A model generated the notes under the pieces. It had not been told where the DNA came from, ran no database searches, and saw only the letters and a list, made by a program, of their open reading frames with translations. Positions 26,701 through 39,725 of a stretch of 64,000 nt of DNA are shown piece by piece; position 1 is the stretch's first letter; each line of letters opens with the position of its first letter. The position numbers were made by a program, and so were the translations under genes. The stretch lies in assembly GCA_964016885.1 (NCBI GenBank), contig CAXHJY010000442.1, forward strand, positions 124,001-188,000, written 5' to 3'. This DNA is from Eledone cirrhosa (taxonomy: Eukaryota).

Positions 26701-29700
26701 GACGATTAGCCGGCGGATTTACCTTTTCAATCGCGGGCCGGCCGCCCGTGGTCGGATCGATCTGTAATTACTGGTACATGTGCAGACACTCATTGGCTAT
26801 GTGTGGCGTGAATTTCAGCAAGATATCTCCGTAAAATCAATAGTTGTGGCTGTGGAATCAAACCGTGTTAAACGTCAACAAAGTCCGCCGGCGAATGGTG
26901 TGCTTCGAAGAAAACGAATCCAAAAATGACGATTAGCCGGCGGATTTACCTTTTCAATCGCGGGCCGGCCGCCCGTGGTCGGATCGATCTGTAATTACTG
27001 GTACATGTGCAGACACTCATTGGCTATGTGTGGCGTGAATTTCAGCAAGATATCTCCGTAAAATCAATAGTTGTGGCTGTGGAACCAAACCGTGTTAAAC
27101 GTCAACAAAGTCCGCCGGCGAATGGTGTGCTTCGAAGAAAACGAATCCAAAAATGACGATTAGCCGGCGGATTTACCTTTTCAATCGCGGGCCGGCCGCC
27201 CGTGGTCGGATCGATCTGTAATTACTGGTACATGTGCAGACACTTATTGGCTATGTGTGGCGTGAATTTCAGCAAGATATCTCCGTAAAATCAATAGTTG
27301 TGGCTGTGGAACCAAACCGTGTTAAACGTCAACAAAGTCCGCCGGCGAATGGTGTGCTTCGAAGAAAACGAATCCAAAAACGACGATTAGCCGGCGGATT
27401 TACCTTTTTAATCGCGGGCCGGCCGCCCGCGGTCGGATCGATCTGTAATTACTGGTACATGTGCAGATACTCATTGGCTATGTGTGGCGTGAATTTCAGC
27501 AAGATATCTCCGTAAAATCAATAGTTGTGGCTGTGGAACCAAACCGTGTTAAACGTCAACAAAGTCCGCCGGCGAATGGTGTGCTTCGAAGAAAACGAAT
27601 CCAAAAATGACGATTAGCCGGCGGATTTACCTTTTTAATCGCGGGCCGGCCGCCCGCGGTCGGATCGATCTGTAATTACTGGTACATGTGCAGACACTCA
27701 TTGGCTATGTGTGGCGTGAATTTCAGCAAGATATCTCCGTAAAATCAATAGTTGTGGCTGTGGAACCAAACCGTGTTAAACGTCAACAAAGTCCGCCGGC
27801 GAATGGTGTGCTTCGAAGAAAACGAATCCAAAAATGACGATTAGCCGGCGGATTTACCTTTTTAATCGCGGGCCGGCCGCCCGCGGTCGGATCGATCTGT
27901 AATTACTGGTACATGTGCAGACACTCATTGGCTATGTGTGGCGTGAATTTCAGCAAGATATCTCCGTAAAATCAATAGTTGTGGCTGTGGAACCAAACCG
28001 TGTTAAACGTCAACAAAGTCCGCCGGCGAATGGTGTGCTTCGAAGAAAACGAATCCAAAAATGACGATTAGCCGGCGGATTTACCTTTTCAATCGCGGGC
28101 CGGCCGCCCGTGGTCGGATCGATCTGTAATTACTGGTACATGTGCAGACACTCATTGGCTATGTGTGGCGTGAATTTCAGCAAGATATCTCCGTAAAATC
28201 AATAGTTGTGGCTGTGGAACCAAACCGTGTTAAACGTCAACAAAGTCCGCCGGCGAATGGTGTGCTTCGAAGAAAACGAATCCAAAAATGACGATTAGCC
28301 GGCGGATTTACCTTTTCAATCGCGGGCCGGCCGCCCGTGGTCGGATCGATCTGTAATTACTGGTACATGTGCAGACACTCATTGGCTATGTGTGGCGTGA
28401 ATTTCAGCAAGATATCTCCGTAAAATCAATAGTTGTGGCTGTGGAATCAAACCGTGTTAAACGTCAACAAAGTCCGCCGGCGAATGGTGTGCTTCGAAGA
28501 AAACGAATCCAAAAATGACGATTAGCCGGCGGATTTACCTTTTCAATCGCGGGCCGGCCGCCCGTGGTCGGATCGATCTGTAATTACTGGTACATGTGCA
28601 GACACTCATTGGCTATGTGTGGCGTGAATTTCAGCAAGATATCTCCGTAAAATCAATAGTTGTGGCTGTGGAACCAAACCGTGTTAAACGTCAACAAAGT
28701 CCGCCGGCGAATGGTGTGCTTCGAAGAAAACGAATCCAAAAATGACGATTAGCCGGCGGATTTACCTTTTCAATCGCGGGCCGGCCGCCCGTGGTCGGAT
28801 CGATCTGTAATTACTGGTACATGTGCAGACACTTATTGGCTATGTGTGGCGTGAATTTCAGCAAGATATCTCCGTAAAATCAATAGTTGTGGCTGTGGAA
28901 CCAAACCGTGTTAAACGTCAACAAAGTCCGCCGGCGAATGGTGTGCTTCGAAGAAAACGAATCCAAAAACGACGATTAGCCGGCGGATTTACCTTTTTAA
29001 TCGCGGGCCGGCCGCCCGCGGTCGGATCGATCTGTAATTACTGGTACATGTGCAGATACTCATTGGCTATGTGTGGCGTGAATTTCAGCAAGATATCTCC
29101 GTAAAATCAATAGTTGTGGCTGTGGAACCAAACCGTGTTAAACGTCAACAAAGTCCGCCGGCGAATGGTGTGCTTCGAAGAAAACGAATCCAAAAATGAC
29201 GATTAGCCGGCGGATTTACCTTTTTAATCGCGGGCCGGCCGCCCGCGGTCGGATCGATCTGTAATTACTGGTACATGTGCAGACACTCATTGGCTATGTG
29301 TGGCGTGAATTTCAGCAAGATATCTCCGTAAAATCAATAGTTGTGGCTGTGGAACCAAACCGTGTTAAACGTCAACAAAGTCCGCCGGCGAATGGTGTGC
29401 TTCGAAGAAAACGAATCCAAAAATGACGATTAGCCGGCGGATTTACCTTTTTAATCGCGGGCCGGCCGCCCGCGGTCGGATCGATCTGTAATTACTGGTA
29501 CATGTGCAGACACTCATTGGCTATGTGTGGCGTGAATTTCAGCAAGATATCTCCGTAAAATCAATAGTTGTGGCTGTGGAACCAAACCGTGTTAAACGTC
29601 AACAAAGTCCGCCGGCGAATGGTGTGCTTCGAAGAAAACGAATCCAAAAATGACGATTAGCCGGCGGATTTACCTTTTCAATCGCGGGCCGGCCGCCCGT

Positions 29701-30645
29701 GGTCGGATCGATCTGTAATTACTGGTACATGTGCAGACACTCATTGGCTATGTGTGGCGTGAATTTCAGCAAGATATCTCCGTAAAATCAATAGTTGTGG
29801 CTGTGGAACCAAACCGTGTTAAACGTCAACAAAGTCCGCCGGCGAATGGTGTGCTTCGAAGAAAACGAATCCAAAAATGACGATTAGCCGGCGGATTTAC
29901 CTTTTTAATCGCGGGCCGGCCGCCCGCGGTCGGATCGATCTGTAATTACTGGTACATGTGCAGACACTCATTGGCTATGTGTGGCGTGAATTTCAGCAAG
30001 ATATCTCCGTAAAATCAATAGTTGTGGCTGTGGAACCAAACCGTGTTAAACGTCAACAAAGTCCGCCGGCGAATGGTGTGCTTCGAAGAAAACGAATCCA
30101 AAAATGACGATTAGCCGGCGGATTTACCTTTTTAATCGCGGGCCGGCCGCCCGCGGTCGGATCGATCTGTAATTACTGGTACATGTGCAGACACTCATTG
30201 GCTATGTGTGGCGTGAATTTCAGCAAGATATCTCCGTAAAATCAATAGTTGTGGCTGTGGAACCAAACCGTGTTAAACGTCAACAAAGTCCGCCGGCGAA
30301 TGGTGTGCTTCGAAGAAAACGAATCCAAAAATGACGATTAGCCGGCGGATTTACCTTTTCAATCGCGGGCCGGCCGCCCGTGGTCGGATCGATCTGTAAT
30401 TACTGGTACATGTGCAGACACTTATTGGCTATGTGTGGCGTGAATTTCAGCAAGATATCTCCGTAAAATCAATAGTTGTGGCTGTGGAACCAAACCGTGT
30501 TAAACGTCAACAAAGTCCGCCGGCGAATGGTGTGCTTCGAAGAAAACGAATCCAAAAATGACGATTAGCCGGCGGATTTACCTTTTTAATCGCGGGCCGG
30601 CCGCCCGCGGTCGGATCGATCTGTAATTACTGGTACATGTGCAGA
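17707..30645. repeat. Large higher-order block, copy 1 (units 79-135)
   Basis: The ordered marker series G50, T5, T5+T130, A176, T72, T5+C141, T1 recurs in the same order at 45855-62652. Confidence 0.85.
26560..29737. repeat. 7-unit (1589-bp) tandem duplication (units 118-124 = 125-131)
   Basis: Pattern A, A(T72), A, B(T5,C141), B(T1), B, A occurs twice. The ORF starts at 27234 and 28823 are 1589 bp apart. Confidence 0.85.
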
Positions 30646-33600
30646 CACTCATTGGCTATGTGTGGCGTGAATTTCAGCAAGATATCTCCGTAAAATCAAT
30701 AGTTGTGGCTGTGGAACCAAACCGTGTTAAACGTCAACAAAGTCCGCCGGCGAATGGTGTGCTTCGAAGAAAACGAATCCAAAAATGACGATTAGCCGGC
30801 GGATTTACCTTTTTAATCGCGGGCCGGCCGCCCGCGGTCGGATCGATCTGTAATTACTGGTACATGTGCAGACACTCATTGGCTATGTGTGGCGTGAATT
30901 TCAGCAAGATATCTCCGTAAAATCAATAGTTGTGGCTGTGGAACCAAACCGTGTTAAACGTCAACAAAGTCCGCCGGCGAATGGTGTGCTTCGAAGAAAA
31001 CGAATCCAAAAATGACGATTAGCCGGCGGATTTACCTTTTCAATCGCGGGCCGGCCGCCCGTGGTCGGATCGATCTGTAATTACTGGTACATGTGCAGAC
31101 ACTTATTGGCTATGTGTGGCGTGAATTTCAGCAAGATATCTCCGTAAAATCAATAGTTGTGGCTGTGGAACCAAACCGTGTTAAACGTCAACAAAGTCCG
31201 CCGGCGAATGGTGTGCTTCGAAGAAAACGAATCCAAAAATGACGATTAGCCGGCGGATTTACCTTTTTAATCGCGGGCCGGCCGCCCGCGGTCGGATCGA
31301 TCTGTAATTACTGGTACATGTGCAGACACTCATTGGCTATGTGTGGCGTGAATTTCAGCAAGATATCTCCGTAAAATCAATAGTTGTGGCTGTGGAACCA
31401 AACCGTGTTAAACGTCAACAAAGTCCGCCGGCGAATGGTGTGCTTCGAAGAAAACGAATCCAAAAATGACGATTAGCCGGCGGATTTACCTTTTTAATCG
31501 CGGGCCGGCCGCCCGCGGTCGGATCGATCTGTAATTACTGGTACATGTGCAGACACTCATTGGCTATGTGTGGCGTGAATTTCAGCAAGATATCTCCGTA
31601 AAATCAATAGTTGTGGCTGTGGAACCAAACCGTGTTAAACGTCAACAAAGTCCGCCGGCGAATGGTGTGCTTCGAAGAAAACGAATCCAAAAATGACGAT
31701 TAGCCGGCGGATTTACCTTTTTAATCGCGGGCCGGCCGCCCGCGGTCGGATCGATCTGTAATTACTGGTACATGTGCAGACACTCATTGGCTATGTGTGG
31801 CGTGAATTTCAGCAAGATATCTCCGTAAAATCAATAGTTGTGGCTGTGGAACCAAACCGTGTTAAACGTCAACAAAGTCCGCCGGCGAATGGTGTGCTTC
31901 GAAGAAAACGAATCCAAAAATGACGATTAGCCGGCGGATTTACCTTTTCAATCGCGGGCCGGCCGCCCGTGGTCGGATCGATCTGTAATTACTGGTACAT
32001 GTGCAGACACTTATTGGCTATGTGTGGCGTGAATTTCAGCAAGATATCTCCGTAAAATCAATAGTTGTGGCTGTGGAACCAAACCGTGTTAAACGTCAAC
32101 AAAGTCCGCCGGCGAATGGTGTGCTTCGAAGAAAACGAATCCAAAAATGACGATTAGCCGGCGGATTTACCTTTTTAATCGCGGGCCGGCCGCCCGCGGT
32201 CGGATCGATCTGTAATTACTGGTACATGTGCAGATACTCATTGGCTATGTGTGGCGTGAATTTCAGCAAGATATCTCCGTAAAATCAATAGTTGTGGCTG
32301 TGGAACCAAACCGTGTTAAACGTCAACAAAGTCCGCCGGCGAATGGTGTGCTTCGAAGAAAACGAATCCAAAAATGACGATTAGCCGGCGGATTTACCTT
32401 TTTAATCGCGGGCCGGCCGCCCGCGGTCGGATCGATCTGTAATTACTGGTACATGTGCAGACACTCATTGGCTATGTGTGGCGTGAATTTCAGCAAGATA
32501 TCTCCGTAAAATCAATAGTTGTGGCTGTGGAACCAAACCGTGTTAAACGTCAACAAAGTCCGCCGGCGAATGGTGTGCTTCGAAGAAAACGAATCCAAAA
32601 ATGACGATTAGCCGGCGGATTTACCTTTTTAATCGCGGGCCGGCCGCCCGCGGTCGGATCGATCTGTAATTACTGGTACATGTGCAGACACTCATTGGCT
32701 ATGTGTGGCGTGAATTTCAGCAAGATATCTCCGTAAAATCAATAGTTGTGGCTGTGGAACCAAACCGTGTTAAACGTCAACAAAGTCCGCCGGCGAATGG
32801 TGTGCTTCGAAGAAAACGAATCCAAAAATGACGATTAGCCGGCGGATTTACCTTTTCAATCGCGGGCCGGCCGCCCGTGGTCGGATCGATCTGTAATTAC
32901 TGGTACATGTGCAGACACTTATTGGCTATGTGTGGCGTGAATTTCAGCAAGATATCTCCGTAAAATCAATAGTTGTGGCTGTGGAACCAAACCGTGTTAA
33001 ACGTCAACAAAGTCCGCCGGCGAATGGTGTGCTTCGAAGAAAACGAATCCAAAAATGACGATTAGCCGGCGGATTTACCTTTTTAATCGCGGGCCGGCCG
33101 CCCGCGGTCGGATCGATCTGTAATTACTGGTACATGTGCAGACACTCATTGGCTATGTGTGGCGTGAATTTCAGCAAGATATCTCCGTAAAATCAATAGT
33201 TGTGGCTGTGGAACCAAACCGTGTTAAACGTCAACAAAGTCCGCCGGCGAATGGTGTGCTTCGAAGAAAACGAATCCAAAAATGACGATTAGCCGGCGGA
33301 TTTACCTTTTTAATCGCGGGCCGGCCGCCCGCGGTCGGATCGATCTGTAATTACTGGTACATGTGCAGACACTCATTGGCTATGTGTGGCGTGAATTTCA
33401 GCAAGATATCTCCGTAAAATCAATAGTTGTGGCTGTGGAACCAAACCGTGTTAAACGTCAACAAAGTCCGCCGGCGAATGGTGTGCTTCGAAGAAAACGA
33501 ATCCAAAAATGACGATTAGCCGGCGGATTTACCTTTTCAATCGCGGGCCGGCCGCCCGTGGTCGGATCGATCTGTAATTACTGGTACATGTGCAGACACT

Positions 33601-36600
33601 TATTGGCTATGTGTGGCGTGAATTTCAGCAAGATATCTCCGTAAAATCAATAGTTGTGGCTGTGGAACCAAACCGTGTTAAACGTCAACAAAGTCCGCCG
33701 GCGAATGGTGTGCTTCGAAGAAAACGAATCCAAAAATGACGATTAGCCGGCGGATTTACCTTTTTAATCGCGGGCCGGCCGCCCGCGGTCGGATCGATCT
33801 GTAATTACTGGTACATGTGCAGATACTCATTGGCTATGTGTGGCGTGAATTTCAGCAAGATATCTCCGTAAAATCAATAGTTGTGGCTGTGGAACCAAAC
33901 CGTGTTAAACGTCAACAAAGTCCGCCGGCGAATGGTGTGCTTCGAAGAAAACGAATCCAAAAATGACGATTAGCCGGCGGATTTACCTTTTTAATCGCGG
34001 GCCGGCCGCCCGCGGTCGGATCGATCTGTAATTACTGGTACATGTGCAGACACTCATTGGCTATGTGTGGCGTGAATTTCAGCAAGATATCTCCGTAAAA
34101 TCAATAGTTGTGGCTGTGGAACCAAACCGTGTTAAACGTCAACAAAGTCCGCCGGCGAATGGTGTGCTTCGAAGAAAACGAATCCAAAAATGACGATTAG
34201 CCGGCGGATTTACCTTTTTAATCGCGGGCCGGCCGCCCGCGGTCGGATCGATCTGTAATTACTGGTACATGTGCAGACACTCATTGGCTATGTGTGGCGT
34301 GAATTTCAGCAAGATATCTCCGTAAAATCAATAGTTGTGGCTGTGGAACCAAACCGTGTTAAACGTCAACAAAGTCCGCCGGCGAATGGTGTGCTTCGAA
34401 GAAAACGAATCCAAAAATGACGATTAGCCGGCGGATTTACCTTTTCAATCGCGGGCCGGCCGCCCGTGGTCGGATCGATCTGTAATTACTGGTACATGTG
34501 CAGACACTTATTGGCTATGTGTGGCGTGAATTTCAGCAAGATATCTCCGTAAAATCAATAGTTGTGGCTGTGGAACCAAACCGTGTTAAACGTCAACAAA
34601 GTCCGCCGGCGAATGGTGTGCTTCGAAGAAAACGAATCCAAAAATGACGATTAGCCGGCGGATTTACCTTTTTAATCGCGGGCCGGCCGCCCGCGGTCGG
34701 ATCGATCTGTAATTACTGGTACATGTGCAGACACTCATTGGCTATGTGTGGCGTGAATTTCAGCAAGATATCTCCGTAAAATCAATAGTTGTGGCTGTGG
34801 AACCAAACCGTGTTAAACGTCAACAAAGTCCGCCGGCGAGTGGTGTGCTTCGAAGAAAACGAATCCAAAAATGACGATTAGCCGGCGGATTTACCTTTTT
34901 AATCGCGGGCCGGCCGCCCGCGGTCGGATCGATCTGTAATTACTGGTACATGTGCAGACACTCATTGGCTATGTGTGGCGTGAATTTCAGCAAGATATCT
35001 CCGTAAAATCAATAGTTGTGGCTGTGGAACCAAACCGTGTTAAACGTCAACAAAGTCCGCCGGCGAATGGTGTGCTTCGAAGAAAACGAATCCAAAAATG
35101 ACGATTAGCCGGCGGATTTACCTTTTCAATCGCGGGCCGGCCGCCCGCGGTCGGATCGATCTGTAATTACTGGTACATGTGCAGATACTCATTGGCTATG
35201 TGTGGCGTGAATTTCAGCAAGATATCTCCGTAAAATCAATAGTTGTGGCTGTGGAACCAAACCGTGTTAAACGTCAACAAAGTCCGCCGGCGAATGGTGT
35301 GCTTCGAAGAAAACGAATCCAAAAATGACGATTAGCCGGCGGATTTACCTTTTTAATCGCGGGCCGGCCGCCCGCGGTCGGATCGATCTGTAATTACTGG
35401 TACATGTGCAGACACTCATTGGCTATGTGTGGCGTGAATTTCAGCAAGATATCTCCGTAAAATCAATAGTTGTGGCTGTGGAACCAAACCGTGTTAAACG
35501 TCAACAAAGTCCGCCGGCGAATGGTGTGCTTCGAAGAAAACGAATCCAAAAATGACGATTAGCCGGCGGATTTACCTTTTTAATCGCGGGCCGGCCGCCC
35601 GCGGTCGGATCGATCTGTAATTACTGGTACATGTGCAGACACTCATTGGCTATGTGTGGCGTGAATTTCAGCAAGATATCTCCGTAAAATCAATAGTTGT
35701 GGCTGTGGAACCAAACCGTGTTAAACGTCAACAAAGTCCGCCGGCGAATGGTGTGCTTCGAAGAAAACGAATCCAAAAATGACGATTAGCCGGCGGATTT
35801 ACCTTTTCAATCGCGGGCCGGCCGCCCGTGGTCGGATCGATCTGTAATTACTGGTACATGTGCAGACACTTATTGGCTATGTCTGGCGTGAATTTCAGCA
35901 AGATATCTCCGTAAAATCAATAGTTGTGGCTGTGGAACCAAACCGTGTTAAACGTCAACAAAGTCCGCCGGCGAATGGTGTGCTTCGAAGAAAACGAATC
36001 CAAAAACGACGATTAGCCGGCGGATTTACCTTTTTAATCGCGGGCCGGCCGCCCGCGGTCGGATCGATCTGTAATTACTGGTACATGTGCAGATACTCAT
36101 TGGCTATGTGTGGCGTGAATTTCAGCAAGATATCTCCGTAAAATCAATAGTTGTGGCTGTGGAACCAAACCGTGTTAAACGTCAACAAAGTCCGCCGGCG
36201 AATGGTGTGCTTCGAAGAAAACGAATCCAAAAATGACGATTAGCCGGCGGATTTACCTTTTTAATCGCGGGCCGGCCGCCCGCGGTCGGATCGATCTGTA
36301 ATTACTGGTACATGTGCAGACACTCATTGGCTATGTGTGGCGTGAATTTCAGCAAGATATCTCCGTAAAATCAATAGTTGTGGCTGTGGAACCAAACCGT
36401 GTTAAACGTCAACAAAGTCCGCCGGCGAATGGTGTGCTTCGAAGAAAACGAATCCAAAAATGACGATTAGCCGGCGGATTTACCTTTTTAATCGCGGGCC
36501 GGCCGCCCGCGGTCGGATCGATCTGTAATTACTGGTACATGTGCAGACACTCATTGGCTATGTGTGGCGTGAATTTCAGCAAGATATCTCCGTAAAATCA

Positions 36601-39600
36601 ATAGTTGTGGCTGTGGAACCAAACCGTGTTAAACGTCAACAAAGTCCGCCGGCGAATGGTGTGCTTCGAAGAAAACGAATCCAAAAATGACGATTAGCCG
36701 GCGGATTTACCTTTTCAATCGCGGGCCGGCCGCCCGTGGTCGGATCGATCTGTAATTACTGGTACATGTGCAGACACTCATTGGCTATGTGTGGCGTGAA
36801 TTTCAGCAAGATATCTCCGTAAAATCAATAGTTGTGGCTGTGGAACCAAACCGTGTTAAACGTCAACAAAGTCCGCCGGCGAATGGTGTGCTTCGAAGAA
36901 AACGAATCCAAAAATGACGATTAGCCGGCGGATTTACCTTTTTAATCGCGGGCCGGCCGCCCGCGGTCGGATCGATCTGTAATTACTGGTACATGTGCAG
37001 ACACTCATTGGCTATGTGTGGCGTGAATTTCAGCAAGATATCTCCGTAAAATCAATAGTTGTGGCTGTGGAACCAAACCGTGTTAAACGTCAACAAAGTC
37101 CGCCGGCGAATGGTGTGCTTCGAAGAAAACGAATCCAAAAATGACGATTAGCCGGCGGATTTACCTTTTTAATCGCGGGCCGGCCGCCCGCGGTCGGATC
37201 GATCTGTAATTACTGGTACATGTGCAGACACTCATTGGCTATGTGTGGCGTGAATTTCAGCAAGATATCTCCGTAAAATCAATAGTTGTGGCTGTGGAAC
37301 CAAACCGTGTTAAACGTCAACAAAGTCCGCCGGCGAATGGTGTGCTTCGAAGAAAACGAATCCAAAAATGACGATTAGCCGGCGGATTTACCTTTTCAAT
37401 CGCGGGCCGGCCGCCCGCGGTCGGATCGATCTGTAATTACTGGTACATGTGCAGATACTCATTGGCTATGTGTGGCGTGAATTTCAGCAAGATATCTCCG
37501 TAAAATCAATAGTTGTGGCTGTGGAACCAAACCGTGTTAAACGTCAACAAAGTCCGCCGGCGAATGGTGTGCTTCGAAGAAAACGAATCCAAAAATGACG
37601 ATTAGCCGGCGGATTTACCTTTTTAATCGCGGGCCGGCCGCCCGCGGTCGGATCGATCTGTAATTACTGGTACATGTGCAGACACTCATTGGCTATGTGT
37701 GGCGTGAATTTCAGCAAGATATCTCCGTAAAATCAATAGTTGTGGCTGTGGAACCAAACCGTGTTAAACGTCAACAAAGTCCGCCGGCGAATGGTGTGCT
37801 TCGAAGAAAACGAATCCAAAAATGACGATTAGCCGGCGGATTTACCTTTTTAATCGCGGGCCGGCCGCCCGCGGTCGGATCGATCTGTAATTACTGGTAC
37901 ATGTGCAGACACTCATTGGCTATGTGTGGCGTGAATTTCAGCAAGATATCTCCGTAAAATCAATAGTTGTGGCTGTGGAACCAAACCGTGTTAAACGTCA
38001 ACAAAGTCCGCCGGCGAATGGTGTGCTTCGAAGAAAACGAATCCAAAAATGACGATTAGCCGGCGGATTTACCTTTTCAATCGCGGGCCGGCCGCCCGTG
38101 GTCGGATCGATCTGTAATTACTGGTACATGTGCAGACACTCATTGGCTATGTGTGGCGTGAATTTCAGCAAGATATCTCCGTAAAATCAATAGTTGTGGC
38201 TGTGGAACCAAACCGTGTTAAACGTCAACAAAGTCCGCCGGCGAATGGTGTGCTTCGAAGAAAACGAATCCAAAAATGACGATTAGCCGGCGGATTTACC
38301 TTTTTAATCGCGGGCCGGCCGCCCGCGGTCGGATCGATCTGTAATTACTGGTACATGTGCAGACACTCATTGGCTATGTGTGGCGTGAATTTCAGCAAGA
38401 TATCTCCGTAAAATCAATAGTTGTGGCTGTGGAACCAAACCGTGTTAAACGTCAACAAAGTCCGCCGGCGAATGGTGTGCTTCGAAGAAAACGAATCCAA
38501 AAATGACGATTAGCCGGCGGATTTACCTTTTCAATCGCGGGCCGGCCGCCCGTGGTCGGATCGATCTGTAATTACTGGTACATGTGCAGACACTTATTGG
38601 CTATGTGTGGCGTGAATTTCAGCAAGATATCTCCGTAAAATCAATAGTTGTGGCTGTGGAACCAAACCGTGTTAAACGTCAACAAAGTCCGCCGGCGAAT
38701 GGTGTGCTTCGAAGAAAACGAATCCAAAAATGACGATTAGCCGGCGGATTTACCTTTTTAATCGCGGGCCGGCCGCCCGCGGTCGGATCGATCTGTAATT
38801 ACTGGTACATGTGCAGATACTCATTGGCTATGTGTGGCGTGAATTTCAGCAAGATATCTCCGTAAAATCAATAGTTGTGGCTGTGGAACCAAACCGTGTT
38901 AAACGTCAACAAAGTCCGCCGGCGAATGGTGTGCTTCGAAGAAAACGAATCCAAAAATGACGATTAGCCGGCGGATTTACCTTTTTAATCGCGGGCCGGC
39001 CGCCCGCGGTCGGATCGATCTGTAATTACTGGTACATGTGCAGACACTCATTGGCTATGTGTGGCGTGAATTTCAGCAAGATATCTCCGTAAAATCAATA
39101 GTTGTGGCTGTGGAACCAAACCGTGTTAAACGTCAACAAAGTCCGCCGGCGAATGGTGTGCTTCGAAGAAAACGAATCCAAAAATGACGATTAGCCGGCG
39201 GATTTACCTTTTTAATCGCGGGCCGGCCGCCCGCGGTCGGATCGATCTGTAATTACTGGTACATGTGCAGACACTCATTGGCTATGTGTGGCGTGAATTT
39301 CAGCAAGATATCTCCGTAAAATCAATAGTTGTGGCTGTGGAACCAAACCGTGTTAAACGTCAACAAAGTCCGCCGGCGAATGGTGTGCTTCGAAGAAAAC
39401 GAATCCAAAAATGACGATTAGCCGGCGGATTTACCTTTTCAATCGCGGGCCGGCCGCCCGTGGTCGGATCGATCTGTAATTACTGGTACATGTGCAGACA
39501 CTTATTGGCTATGTGTGGCGTGAATTTCAGCAAGATATCTCCGTAAAATCAATAGTTGTGGCTGTGGAACCAAACCGTGTTAAACGTCAACAAAGTCCGC

Positions 39601-39725
39601 CGGCGAATGGTGTGCTTCGAAGAAAACGAATCCAAAAATGACGATTAGCCGGCGGATTTACCTTTTTAATCGCGGGCCGGCCGCCCGCGGTCGGATCGAT
39701 CTGTAATTACTGGTACATGTGCAGA

